Part shown: positions 29,101 to 39,500 of the stretch, piece by piece
Numbering within the stretch: the stretch's first letter is position 1
How the letters are laid out: every line of letters starts with the position of its first letter
Source: a virus
Taxonomy: Duplodnaviria > Caudoviricetes
Direction: 5' to 3' (one strand)
Virus record (IMG/VR): IMGVR_UViG_3300028591_000139
Location: 1-64,000 of that record
Length of the DNA: 64,000 nucleotides
The notes under the pieces: model-generated
Told to the model about the DNA's origin: nothing
What the model saw: only the letters and a program-made list of their open reading frames with translations
Databases searched by the model: none
Program-made: the position numbers and the translations under genes

Positions 29101-29421
29101 TTATTTTCTCTTATTAGAGTTAATTACATTTTGTTGGTCAATATCTGTATATCTATCTATTGCTTCTGTTCTTGTTGATTTACCATTCTGCATTTCTTCA
29201 TATTCTTTATTTTCATTTTCCACAGCCTCATTATGCTTTAATATATAAAATTTTCTATCCCTTGTTGGCATTCTCATTAACTCATCAAACGGTATTTTTA
29301 TATATTTAAAACATCCAAATAATTCATCTTTAAGGTATCTTTCATTATCCGGCGATATTGAGGAAAATAGTATCGTTCCATTGAAGAAAGGTTTTAAAAG
29401 AGCCACCTCCGGCGCTCTCAT
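29101..29421 (-). CDS. Tail assembly chaperone C-terminal part (gpT/gp51-like), possibly made by frameshift
   Basis: IPFDELMRMPTRDRKFYI motif; overlaps the upstream ORF by 77 nt; directly precedes the TMP. Confidence 0.55.
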   Translation of the reverse strand: MRAPEVALLKPFFNGTILFSSISPDNERYLKDELFGCFKYIKIPFDELMRMPTRDRKFYILKHNEAVENENKEYEEMQNGKSTRTEAIDRYTDIDQQNVINSNKRK

Positions 29422-30682
29422 CTTTTTGCACTTCTACTTCAAGGTTAAGGCCTGGTTCGTTATCCAATATGTATCTTCTTAAAGCAAGCGAATCTCGTGC
29501 AGACATAGAATAAATAAAGTTTCTAATATAGCCTCTATCAGTATTTCCATTAATAGAAGTAATGTGCATTTCCATTCTATTAGTAACTGATTTATTAAAC
29601 TTATTATCATTTTCTTTACTTACTCTCTTTGACCAATCGGAAATGCGCCTTATTGAATCCAGTATTGCTGTTTTTTCTCTGGGTTCCAACACATTGTCAT
29701 TTTTAAGGTACGTGTCTAAGTTTTCGCTAATTGCATTAAGTTCGGTAGATAGCGTTCCTTCCGATTCTATCTTTGCAAGAAGTGCCAAATCATTTTCCTC
29801 TTTTCTTGTCAAATATTTAAATTTAACTTCAGCTTTGCATAATGGTAATGTATATGAAAAATGTCCATTTTCATCACCTTTAAGTTTAAATTCCTTGGTT
29901 TTAATCTTAGACAAGTCTACTATACCCTCAACCTCTTCATTTGTTTCTGGGTCAGTTGCCACCACCGGATATTCTGTGCCATAACTTGTTGCTCTTAAGA
30001 ATAGCATAATTGCATCAACGTCGCCGCTAACGAAGTTATTAACATCAATGTCTTTATTGACAACTTTATTCTTAAGCAAATAATCAATTACAAGGCCGTC
30101 ACGGTAAAGATTTGGAGATGTTATAATATTCTCATCATATGCAGTAAGATAAGCGACCGGTACTCTTCCTATCTTGTTTTTATAGCATTCTCCATTGCTT
30201 GGTAATGATATAACGTCATACTGAGCGGTGGAATCAACATTATTAAATGTGGTGTTTGAAGGATTCACTATTTCTTCTCCATATTTAATTCTATTTTCTT
30301 GCTCTTTATGGGTTTCGGTTTCCTTATTCACATTTTCAAGTTTTTCCTTTTCCTTTCTTTTATGTTTTTCAAGAACCGAGAAAATTGTTTCAGCCTCCGA
30401 ATCATTAACGTTATTAACTGGTTCTTCAATTATTGGCTTATGCTCAATAACAATTGGCTGAACTTCTTCTTCTTTGGATATTTCAAGATTTTCAATATTT
30501 CCATCCAAAATGCTTTTTATTTTTCCTTGGACTTCTTCTTGAGCAATTTCAATTCTTCTAATAGAATCTTTAGTACCCCTTAATTTAGCTTCTTCCTTTG
30601 TTCTCTCATACATTTCATTATTTGCTTGCAGCAATTTAATTTCCTTTTCTTGTTCCGGTGTTAATTTTTTCTTTCCTGCCAT
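29345..30682 (-). CDS. T4 gp26-like baseplate hub assembly/tail chaperone
   Basis: SLPSNG, YLTAYDENII, GDVDAIMLFLRATSYG, KFKYLT, MSARDSLALRRYI. Confidence 0.7.
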   Translation of the reverse strand: MAGKKKLTPEQEKEIKLLQANNEMYERTKEEAKLRGTKDSIRRIEIAQEEVQGKIKSILDGNIENLEISKEEEVQPIVIEHKPIIEEPVNNVNDSEAETIFSVLEKHKRKEKEKLENVNKETETHKEQENRIKYGEEIVNPSNTTFNNVDSTAQYDVISLPSNGECYKNKIGRVPVAYLTAYDENIITSPNLYRDGLVIDYLLKNKVVNKDIDVNNFVSGDVDAIMLFLRATSYGTEYPVVATDPETNEEVEGIVDLSKIKTKEFKLKGDENGHFSYTLPLCKAEVKFKYLTRKEENDLALLAKIESEGTLSTELNAISENLDTYLKNDNVLEPREKTAILDSIRRISDWSKRVSKENDNKFNKSVTNRMEMHITSINGNTDRGYIRNFIYSMSARDSLALRRYILDNEPGLNLEVEVQKDESAGGGSFKTFLQWNDTIFLNIAG

Positions 30683-30690
30683 AACTAAAA

Positions 30691-31293
30691 TTATAATTTA
30701 TCTATTAATTTTACTTTTTCTGCTAAAATAGCATATTCGTCCATATCCCCCTTATCCAATATTTTACAATTTTCAAACATCACATATGTTTTTTCATTTG
30801 CGTTATTCAAAAATTCAATATATAAGGTTCTGGTTGGCTCATTTTTCCACACTTTGTCTTCGCCTATTTTATTTTTATATTGATTAATGCTATTATGCTC
30901 ATCAACCCAAAAATTATAATCTTCTTCAAACTCTTCATCCATTGAATCCCTGTTGAATTTAATAATATTTATAACAACATCATTTGAAAAACAATTTTTT
31001 ATTATATTATCAACAGTTTCATCTTTGCCGTTTTCATCCAATAATATTGCTTCCGATTTATAATTATTTGCTACTGCACTTTTTGTTGAATTTGATAAAC
31101 TACCATAATTAACCGTTTTTTCTTTTACTATATTACCTAAGTTGGATAATGCTTCATATGCAACATTTGAATATTTTTTATTTTCCTTATCCATTGCATT
31201 GAAGAAATCTTCATCTGATTTGTAGTAATCATTACTCACATCAAAATCGCCATCATTATAATTTTCTAATTTAATATATATATTAACTTTCAT
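30691..31293 (-). CDS. Hypothetical protein
   Basis: 200-aa acidic ORF in the operon. Confidence 0.6.
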   Translation of the reverse strand: MKVNIYIKLENYNDGDFDVSNDYYKSDEDFFNAMDKENKKYSNVAYEALSNLGNIVKEKTVNYGSLSNSTKSAVANNYKSEAILLDENGKDETVDNIIKNCFSNDVVINIIKFNRDSMDEEFEEDYNFWVDEHNSINQYKNKIGEDKVWKNEPTRTLYIEFLNNANEKTYVMFENCKILDKGDMDEYAILAEKVKLIDKL

Positions 31294-31853
31294 TATTTTA
31301 GAATGTTTCTGTGCCTCTTGTTCTTATTATTTAATTTTTTTTGAACTTCATTTTCAATGTATAATCTTTCTTTTAATGCTTTCATAACTCCGGAAGGATT
31401 ATTCCTAATATCATACTCCCATATTCTCATTATGGGTATACCATGAAGCAAAGCCCATTCATTTTTATGTCCATCAACCATTTTATTCTTCTTATGCATT
31501 GGCAATAGTTTATTTTCATCAATTACCCTAGGGTCAGCATGATAAAAAGAACCATCAATTTCAATTAGCATTGAAATTCTATTTGACAGCGCTTCTTGTT
31601 TCACTGATTTTAAACCATTTTTTTCTTCAAACAACAAATTTTTCTCGCTATTAGATACTATTGCAAAATCATAATATCTGCCTATTTGACTTGCAAAATA
31701 TTGATAAACATAATTAATTCCTAAAGGCTCTAGAAACTCATGAGCAAATTTTTTTTCTAACTTAGATGTACCATATTTATTTTTGTTTTTTATTAGAATT
31801 TTATTACTGCTCTTTTTTTCTATTTTTTTATGTTTTTTTATTGGTTGCTTCAT
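31293..31853 (-). CDS. Vsr/DUF559-like (EDxHD) endonuclease
   Basis: TSKLEKKF, YDF, LIEIDGSFYH, IMRIWEYDI. Confidence 0.75.
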   Translation of the reverse strand: MKQPIKKHKKIEKKSSNKILIKNKNKYGTSKLEKKFAHEFLEPLGINYVYQYFASQIGRYYDFAIVSNSEKNLLFEEKNGLKSVKQEALSNRISMLIEIDGSFYHADPRVIDENKLLPMHKKNKMVDGHKNEWALLHGIPIMRIWEYDIRNNPSGVMKALKERLYIENEVQKKLNNKNKRHRNILK

Positions 31854-32973
31854 CTATATAATTTGCAATTTCATTTAAATTAAATTTATTTCTATCCCTC
31901 ACATAAAATACTTTCACACCATGCTTTTCGCATAGTTTTAATTTTCTTTTATCTCTTTTTTGCTGTTGAATAAATACCTCTTCACCGCCAAAAAAATCAG
32001 TTGGTTTATAGTGTTGTTCTCCTTGAACTTCTATAGCAGCGTTGTAATCCGGTAAATAAAAATCTAAAAATAAATTGCTTCTGTATTTCAACCAATCAAA
32101 AGTTTTTTGCCTATCAATTTTTACATTTAGTTTTTTAAGTTTTTCAAAAACAATTTCTTCAAACATTGATTTATTTTCTCTTCCGCATTGTGCACACCCT
32201 AACCCATTAATATGGTTGTTTGGGGTTTGCCAAAATTCACCATGTTTTGGACATATTATACATACCTTTGTTTGACTATTAATATAATTTACTTTTGAAT
32301 AATCATATTTATCGCCATGAACTTGTTTTGCCTTTTCTATGAACTTCTCTAATGTACGCCTATTTGCTTTTGACATTCTTTCTATACCGCATTTCCAACA
32401 GCCGCTACCATTTAAGTGTGTATCCGGCATTTGCCAAAATTCGCCATGTTCTGGGCAAATTATGCAAACCTTAGTTTTTGAATTTTTATATTCAACTTTT
32501 GAGTAATCATACTTATCGCCATGAATTTCTTTTGCCCTTTCTATAAATTTACATGTAGTAATTCTTCCTCTTTTATCCCAAAGTGTTTCTCTAGCGCATT
32601 TTTGACAGCCATTACCACATAAGTGTTTATTAGGAGTTTGCCAAAATTCGCCATGTTCTGGGCAAATTATACACACTTTTGTGCTATTTTTAATATATTC
32701 TACTTTAGAATAATCATATTTATCTCCATGTATTTTTTTGGCTTTTTCAATAAATGTATTAGTATTACTAAATTTTGAAAAATTTGTCTTTTCGTGTCCA
32801 CATTTACAACACCCGAAGCCCTTTAAATGGCTATAAGGTATTTGCCAAAATTCGCCATGTTTTGGACAAATTATACATACCTTTGTATATGCATTTGCAT
32901 ATTCAACTTTTGAGTAATCATATTTATTGCCATGAATTTCTTTTGCCTTTTTTATGAAATCGTCTAATGTCAT
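31828..32973 (-). CDS. Free-standing endonuclease, 4 zinc-ribbon repeats plus nuclease domain
   Basis: CP(K/E)HGEFWQ x4; LDFYLPDYNAAIEVQGEQHY. Confidence 0.8.
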   Translation of the reverse strand: MTLDDFIKKAKEIHGNKYDYSKVEYANAYTKVCIICPKHGEFWQIPYSHLKGFGCCKCGHEKTNFSKFSNTNTFIEKAKKIHGDKYDYSKVEYIKNSTKVCIICPEHGEFWQTPNKHLCGNGCQKCARETLWDKRGRITTCKFIERAKEIHGDKYDYSKVEYKNSKTKVCIICPEHGEFWQMPDTHLNGSGCWKCGIERMSKANRRTLEKFIEKAKQVHGDKYDYSKVNYINSQTKVCIICPKHGEFWQTPNNHINGLGCAQCGRENKSMFEEIVFEKLKKLNVKIDRQKTFDWLKYRSNLFLDFYLPDYNAAIEVQGEQHYKPTDFFGGEEVFIQQQKRDKRKLKLCEKHGVKVFYVRDRNKFNLNEIANYIDEATNKKT

Positions 32974-33019
32974 AATTGAATTATTTTATATATATAAATA
33001 TAACGATTTTTTGTTTTTT

Positions 33020-33853
33020 TTAATCGGCTGTTTCATCAGGAGTCAATGTTTTTACGTCTTCAAAAGTAAATGTAAGTAATACTTTTCTTAAATCAGTCCT
33101 CGAATAATCAAAAGAACTAAAATTAGCTTCTTTAAATTTACATCCAGTAAATAAAAGAGTATACATCGCGCCTACAGCGTTATCAATAACATCCACGCTG
33201 ATATTGCCAAGAATGTATGAATATGACTTCTTATACATGTCTTCTATTATTCTTGATAATGTCACATATTCACCGCTTTCGCTTTTATATGAAAAATCAT
33301 TAACTGACAGTTCAAGCTCTCCACTTATGCAATCACTGGCGCTTCTGCACATTCTCTTGCCAAATGAATAATCAAAGCTTGATACCCGCCAACTTTCAAT
33401 ATTTACTTTATCCTTTGGAAAATTAACAATGAAATTTGAACAATTGACCCATCTAGAATTGGAAATTTTTTCTTGAATATCAGCAAGCGAAGGCTTTTTA
33501 TAATTTAAATAAAAATCGTTATTGTTCGCATTATGTCCATTTCTATATTCTTTTGCAACATCATTAAATTTTTCATTGGAAAACTTAAAGGAATCGAAGA
33601 AATTATTATTTTTATAATAATCTTTTTTCTCCATTGCCTTTTTTATGAATTCATTGTCAGATTTCTTTTCTTCAGCATCAGGATTTATTAATTTTGATAA
33701 CTCTTTTTCGGTTTGCTCCTTTTCTTGAAGAATTTTTTTAAATGACTCAGTACCATCATTTCCATTTTTCTTCATTTGGTCAATCGTATTTTCATACATC
33801 TTCAAAGTATTAAACTTTAAAGAAATTTCATATAACATCTCTTTATTTTCCAT
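33020..33853 (-). CDS. Protein with a C-terminal tail-tube (gp19)-like domain
   Basis: NFIVNFP..IESWRV and DVIDNAVG..LLFTGCKFKEANFSSFDYSRTD..LTFTFE resemble T4-type tube folds. Confidence 0.5.
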   Translation of the reverse strand: MENKEMLYEISLKFNTLKMYENTIDQMKKNGNDGTESFKKILQEKEQTEKELSKLINPDAEEKKSDNEFIKKAMEKKDYYKNNNFFDSFKFSNEKFNDVAKEYRNGHNANNNDFYLNYKKPSLADIQEKISNSRWVNCSNFIVNFPKDKVNIESWRVSSFDYSFGKRMCRSASDCISGELELSVNDFSYKSESGEYVTLSRIIEDMYKKSYSYILGNISVDVIDNAVGAMYTLLFTGCKFKEANFSSFDYSRTDLRKVLLTFTFEDVKTLTPDETAD

Positions 33854-33854
33854 T

Positions 33855-34595
33855 TTAAAATTTATTATTTTTTAAATTATATTTATTTTCAGTTAAAATA
33901 ATATCATATGTCTTTATTTTTGAAAAATTTTTTAATATATATATGTTTGTTAAGCGTTCAAGTATAAATGTAATTAATCTTGATTGATAAGAAATATAAT
34001 TATTAGGGGAAAATTTTTTAATATATTTAACCTCATTATCTAATACTCTTTTATTTACATCAATACCATTCCTCCAAAACCATTCTTTTAAAAATTCTTT
34101 AATAAAATGTAAAAACTTAATAAAGTCATCCTTCTTCATTATAAACATGTTACAAGGAACAAACTTTTTGGCCTTCAAAAAAAGCTCATATGTTTCATAA
34201 TATTCATTAAAGTTATCTTTTAAAATTTCCCCTAACGAATTTAAATCTTCTACATTATGACAATATTCGTATTGCGTTTTAATACTCACAGACAAATTCA
34301 TTGGGGTTCTTGTGACTATTTCATATTCTTTGAAAATTTCATCCATATTTGGAACATCATCAAGAAAATTATAAAATCTTCTATAATGACAAAATCCAAC
34401 ATAGTCTTTTAAATTAACATTTTCCAAAATATAAAAGAAATGATACCATTCACTTAATTCAATATCAGTTAAAGTATAACAAATTTTATATGTATCCCTT
34501 ATTTTTCTTGCATCAACTACTTTATAAACATGGTCAGAAACGGCCGATTTAAAATCTTTATGGGTGCAAATAAAAATATCTAAATTTTCATTCAT
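33855..34595 (-). CDS. DUF4422-type glycosyltransferase
   Basis: IFICTHK, LSE, DYVGFCHYRRF, CNMFIMKK, LERL. Confidence 0.75.
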   Translation of the reverse strand: MNENLDIFICTHKDFKSAVSDHVYKVVDARKIRDTYKICYTLTDIELSEWYHFFYILENVNLKDYVGFCHYRRFYNFLDDVPNMDEIFKEYEIVTRTPMNLSVSIKTQYEYCHNVEDLNSLGEILKDNFNEYYETYELFLKAKKFVPCNMFIMKKDDFIKFLHFIKEFLKEWFWRNGIDVNKRVLDNEVKYIKKFSPNNYISYQSRLITFILERLTNIYILKNFSKIKTYDIILTENKYNLKNNKF

Positions 34596-34598
34596 GTT

Positions 34599-35600
34599 TT
34601 ATTTCCAATATGTATATAATCCATTATTAATTTCATAAGAATTCCACTTATATTGCTCACGTTTTGGCTGTGTACAAGCCCAATCCCACATCTTTTTAAG
34701 GCCAACCTCCAAATTTGTTTTGTGCTCAAAATGAAGCAAATCTATTGATTTTTTATAAGTTGGAACTGCCCATTTAACCTCATGCCTAGGCTCCATATGC
34801 TTTATTTTATCATAACCAGTAATGTTGCATAAAGTTTTCGCTGCCTCGTTAATTGTATAAGGAACTATGCCGCCAAGATTAATAATCTGTTTTGATGCTT
34901 CAGGTAATATCGCGGCATTCCATAATGGTTCTAAATTATCTTCAATATAAGTGAATGCCCTTGTTTGTTCGCCATCACCATATATTAACATGTTTTTATT
35001 GTTAAGTATTTGATACATCCAAATTCCTAACACATTCCTGTATTTATCCCATATATTTTGCTTTTCACCATAAATATTATGAGGCCTTATTATACAATAA
35101 TCCAATCCATGCTGTTCGCCAGCTACCTTTATATCCAACTCACATGCATATTTAGAAATGCCGTATGGGTCAATTGGTAATGGAATATCATTCTCATCAA
35201 ATCTGTTATGTTTTAAATCGCCATGACCATATACAGACATTGATGATGTGTAAATCAAACGCTTTACACCATACTCTATGCAGTTATTAATTATATTAGC
35301 CGTCGATACAGTGTTGTTCTGCCAATTAAACTTTCTCATAAAAGGAGAAAGGCCTTCAGCAGCATATGCAGCGAAATGAAAAACATAGTCTATGTTATAA
35401 GTTTTAAATACATCAGAAATATCATCAATGGACAAATCCCTCTTATAAAAAATAACATCTTTATTAACATTTTCCATATAGCCGCCAAACAAATTATCAA
35501 TACCAATAACAGTATATTCGTTCTTATTGGCAATAATCCAATCAGCCAACTTACTGCCAAGCAAACCGGCAACACCAGTAATTAAAACATATTTCTTCAT
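34599..35600 (-). CDS. NAD-dependent nucleotide-sugar epimerase/dehydratase (extended SDR, GalE-like); start re-set to ATG 35600
   Basis: MKKYVLITGVAGLLGS (GxxGxxG), HFAA, TSSMSVYG, YGISK (YxxxK), GDGEQTRAF. Confidence 0.9.
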   Translation of the reverse strand: MKKYVLITGVAGLLGSKLADWIIANKNEYTVIGIDNLFGGYMENVNKDVIFYKRDLSIDDISDVFKTYNIDYVFHFAAYAAEGLSPFMRKFNWQNNTVSTANIINNCIEYGVKRLIYTSSMSVYGHGDLKHNRFDENDIPLPIDPYGISKYACELDIKVAGEQHGLDYCIIRPHNIYGEKQNIWDKYRNVLGIWMYQILNNKNMLIYGDGEQTRAFTYIEDNLEPLWNAAILPEASKQIINLGGIVPYTINEAAKTLCNITGYDKIKHMEPRHEVKWAVPTYKKSIDLLHFEHKTNLEVGLKKMWDWACTQPKREQYKWNSYEINNGLYTYWK

Positions 35601-35691
35601 AAAAAAATAAAAAATTTTAATTAAAAAATAAAAAATTATTCCGCTAAATAAATATTTTTCAATATTTTTTTTGTTTTTAAAATATTTTTTG

Positions 35692-35699
35692 TATATTTG
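35692..35699 (+). promoter_or_regulatory. Bacteroidota-type -7 promoter box
   Basis: TTTTGTATATTTGT about 21 nt before ATG 35721. Confidence 0.6.
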
Positions 35700-35720
35700 T
35701 CTAAAATATTTTAACGCCAT

Positions 35721-36101
35721 ATGATAAAAATACTATTTTTAATGCTTTTATGCCACATTATCGATGATTTCGTTCTTCAAACAAAATTCTCATATCTAAA
35801 ACAAAAATCATGGTGGATTAAAGCATGTCAGGAAGATAATCTGCCAATAGAAAAATATAAAAACGACTATAAAATGGCAGTATTTGAACATTCATTGGAA
35901 TGGTCAATTGTAATTATAATTCCAGTAATGCTGTTTTATAACGTTTCATCTATTGCATTAGCAACAATAATATTAATAAACACAATTATACATTATATTG
36001 TAGATAATGCAAAAGCAAACCAATTAAGACTTAATTTAATACAAGACCAAATACTACATTTTCTACAAATAATAATCACATTTTTAGCCTTAATAATATA
36101 A
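35721..36101 (+). CDS. DUF3307-like membrane protein
   Basis: HIIDDFVLQ, HSLEW, HYIVDNAK, DQILH motifs with hydrophobic helices. Confidence 0.7.
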   Translation: MIKILFLMLLCHIIDDFVLQTKFSYLKQKSWWIKACQEDNLPIEKYKNDYKMAVFEHSLEWSIVIIIPVMLFYNVSSIALATIILINTIIHYIVDNAKANQLRLNLIQDQILHFLQIIITFLALII

Positions 36102-36102
36102 A

Positions 36103-36127
36103 AAGTGGCCAAATTAAAAGGCCACCA
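36103..36127. terminator. Hairpin between convergent units
   Basis: GTGGCC...GGCCAC stem. Confidence 0.5.
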
Positions 36128-36182
36128 CATGGTTAAATTCATTACAAACTTTCTAGGTAATTTCCGCCATATAACGTTTGTC

Positions 36183-36512
36183 TCAAGAAATTCTGCGAAT
36201 TATAGGATATTTTGTTCTATTATTTTTATATTCTGTAATTAAAGAATAATCATATTTTCCATTATGTATAGCCTCACATAAATGTTTTACTTCGTCTAAT
36301 TTCATACGTTTTTTCTCTGACGCTTTTTCACGCCCGCAAATAGGACAGCCCTCCCCTCTAAATAAATTATCAGGTAATGCCCAAAAGTCACCGTGCTTTT
36401 TACAAACCAAATTTATTTTTGTTTTTGAGTTTACATGATTAACTTTTGACAAGTCATACTCATCAGAAAATACATTTTTTATTCTTTGCTTAACTTCGTC
36501 ATTTGATAACAT
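36183..36512 (-). pseudogene. Truncated repeat-array endonuclease (about 1.5 repeats, no nuclease domain)
   Basis: CKKHGDFW..GEGCPIC, then HNGKYDYS..KYPII and an abrupt stop. Confidence 0.65.
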
Positions 36513-36534
36513 AAAATTACTTTTATATAAAATA

Positions 36535-36568
36535 TAAAAAAAAATCCTAAGAAAGTAAATTCTTAGGA
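36535..36568 (-). terminator. Terminator after the sheath gene
   Basis: TCCTAAGAA/TTCTTAGGA stem with adjacent A-run. Confidence 0.65.
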
Positions 36569-36592
36569 CTTTTAATATAAATTTTATTTACT

Positions 36593-39500
36593 TTAAATGT
36601 CATTGAAGTTCACCCCTTCAGGAGTTAGAGTAAATGTGAGCAGCACATATTCCAATGCATTATACGGTTTGAAGTATATAGTTGCCGGAAGTTCCCTTCT
36701 ATCTCGTGACTCAACCGAATCATTAACTTCAATTCTATAATCAGAAATACCTCTATTAGCTCTTATATTATCCATAATAGGAGTTACTGCTGTTAAGAAC
36801 ATATTCTTTGTCACTGCATCATTTGGCTCGAATATGAGGCTTCTGCAAGCGATTGCAATGAGTTTTCTCATTCTCAAGAGCAATCTACGAACTGCGATTC
36901 TATTAAGTTGTGACTCACGAACTTGTAAGTTTTTCTGCCCCCATATCTTAACACCGTCAGTTGCAAATGTCTTAACCGGGTTAATTCTTCCGTCGTAGAG
37001 GGTATCTTCATCAGCAAGTTTTGTAATATAGTGCGCTCTTACGCAGTCTACTTTACCACGTATTGAAACGCCTGCTGGAGCGTACCAAGGATAGGTTGTG
37101 TTATCTGTTGCTGCGAAGTTTCTAACTACGTCTTTAGTTGCGGGCAGATAAATATACTGACTATTTTCCTGGTCAAGGTATTTAACCCAAGGATAATATG
37201 TACAAGTGTAGTTTGAATCAATCTCTGTATATTCAAGATTTTCTACAACTTCTTGTGGTGTATACATTTCATCCACGAAGTCTGCTGCTCCACTTGGTTT
37301 ATCAGGTGTTGTAACAACATAGATTGAGTCAGCACGCTCTTCTTCTACCATATCGATTACTTCATTAACAAGTTGTGTGTTATTAACATAATCGATACCA
37401 GGTGTTGCAAGCACATTAATATCTATTGCTTCAGGATTTGCGAACTGTCTGTATGCTGCCAAATAAGCGTACCAGTCTGAAGTAATACCGTTTTGGTTAA
37501 GTCCAAGTGCTTCAGGATTTTCTATTCTATTGAAATTACGTCCTTCTCCGCTGTTATTATCATATGTTCCTCTATAGAGTGACATTTTGAAATCGTCTGT
37601 GTTACTTCTCTGGTCACGGAATACATCCCATCCATCGAAGCCACCATAGAAGTATACAGTAAATTTACGAAGGCTAACATGTTCATATATAGAACCAATC
37701 ATAGACTCTTCTTTGCCAATAACAGGAATATCTGTTAACATGGCTGTTCTGTTATTTACTGAAACGGCATCAAACTTATATCCGCTTACACCATCAACAG
37801 TGATTCTTGGTGTGTGCTGATTATAGTTCTGTGGGTCTAATCTTGAGTCAAGGTGGAAACCTTGTGTAAGCATTTCAGGTATGTTAATGTAAGCTGCCTT
37901 TCCTTTATAGGTAAACAAATCTACATCAACGCCAACTCTTGTTGACAAGCCGAAGTACTGTTTTCTATCTTTTGTTTCCTCGTTATAGTTCAGATTATAC
38001 TTAATAAATGGTGCTATAACATTTTCAGTATTGCCACTCTGTATTTGAACGCCGTCATAAGCAACCATAGGATAGCCTAAGAAACCAGCAGGTGCTGAAT
38101 TCTGAACTGAATCGCCTTCTGCTACTTCAACGGTAATGAACTTAGATTTGCTTTCATAAATTCCATCGAATGAACCAATCTTGAATGCAATGTAGTTATT
38201 GTCACCAGGTATCAATGTACATTTTGAGAATTTCTCCAATATTGTTACATATTCATCTGTATCATTAATATCTCTAACAACCACATCAAATGTGCCTGCA
38301 TCAGGTAATATATTTTCAATAGAAATCTTTATTTCATAGTTTGAATTATTACCATCGGATATTGTATGGAATCTAAACAGTTTATTTAACTCAATATGGT
38401 CATAATCACCCTTTAAGTTAGAAACTATCCAAGGAGTTGAAGCATATCTATATGCTGAAGCATAGTTATTCAAATCACAGGTGATGAAAACACAATCTGA
38501 TTTGTCTTCCTTTATTTTGTAATACAAGCCATCAGCTTCATTTTTAACCATCACCAATCTTGTCGATGAATCTTCTGTATGAGCAGTTCCGCCGGTATTC
38601 ACAATATACTGTTTATTTGTCGGCTTACCATCAACAAGTTTATCGACAATAGGAACTAAGTCTACATTTTCATTACCGGGTTTCTTGCTCCATTCTATCA
38701 CATTAGCTTCAGGATAGTATGCGTAGAAGAAGTGACGTTTTCCTTTACTGTCAGTATACTGTCTAACAGTAAATACTTGGCCTAACAATGAATTATCAAT
38801 AGCAACCTTAACTAGACCGGTTTTATCATCCTCTATCGGATTTGCGGGATAACCTGTTGTGCCTGTTTCACCAAACACCATTGGAGTGTTGGTTTCATAG
38901 TCATAGGGATGCGCGTATATTGTTGGGTCATTTTTGGTCTGACCTGTTTCCACGGTGTTTCTATCTGCTAAGTATCTCTGTCCCAAGTTCTTTCTTGACA
39001 AGAAGTCTTCCTGCATTTTAAGAAGTCCGTTAACGGGTTTCAAGCCGCAGTAGTCAGATGGGTCATAAACATTGTAGAATGTTAAGCCACTATTAATACC
39101 GATAGCTTTGGTATCTCCGCTTTCTGTTATAGCCTGTGACAGCGCAACGTCATATAATGATTCTACATATAAAGGCGCGTCACCGTTATTGGGGTCAGTT
39201 CCAAGAACTTTAAGGATGTAATCCTTATCATAGGGGTTCAATGATACTGGATATTCGAAGAAATAATCTTTCAATTCATCATTTGAATAGCTATCCTCAT
39301 TAAAGTCAACATCTTTTTCTTGGTAGCCTTTCAAGCCGTAAATTGTGAATTTGCCATAGTCTGTTGCGCTAACCAGTGAAACTAAGCCTTCTTCTGTATA
39401 AGCGCTACCTCCGTTAATTTTATAGTCATCGCAATCATTTCCGGTTGCATATAATGGATTATATGGCTTCAATCTAACAACATTATTATATCCAACAACG

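Noticed and set aside
35601-35720. N-terminal 40 aa of the listed 373-aa epimerase ORF
   Set aside because: Runs through an AT-rich divergent promoter region; the Rossmann motif begins right after ATG 35600.
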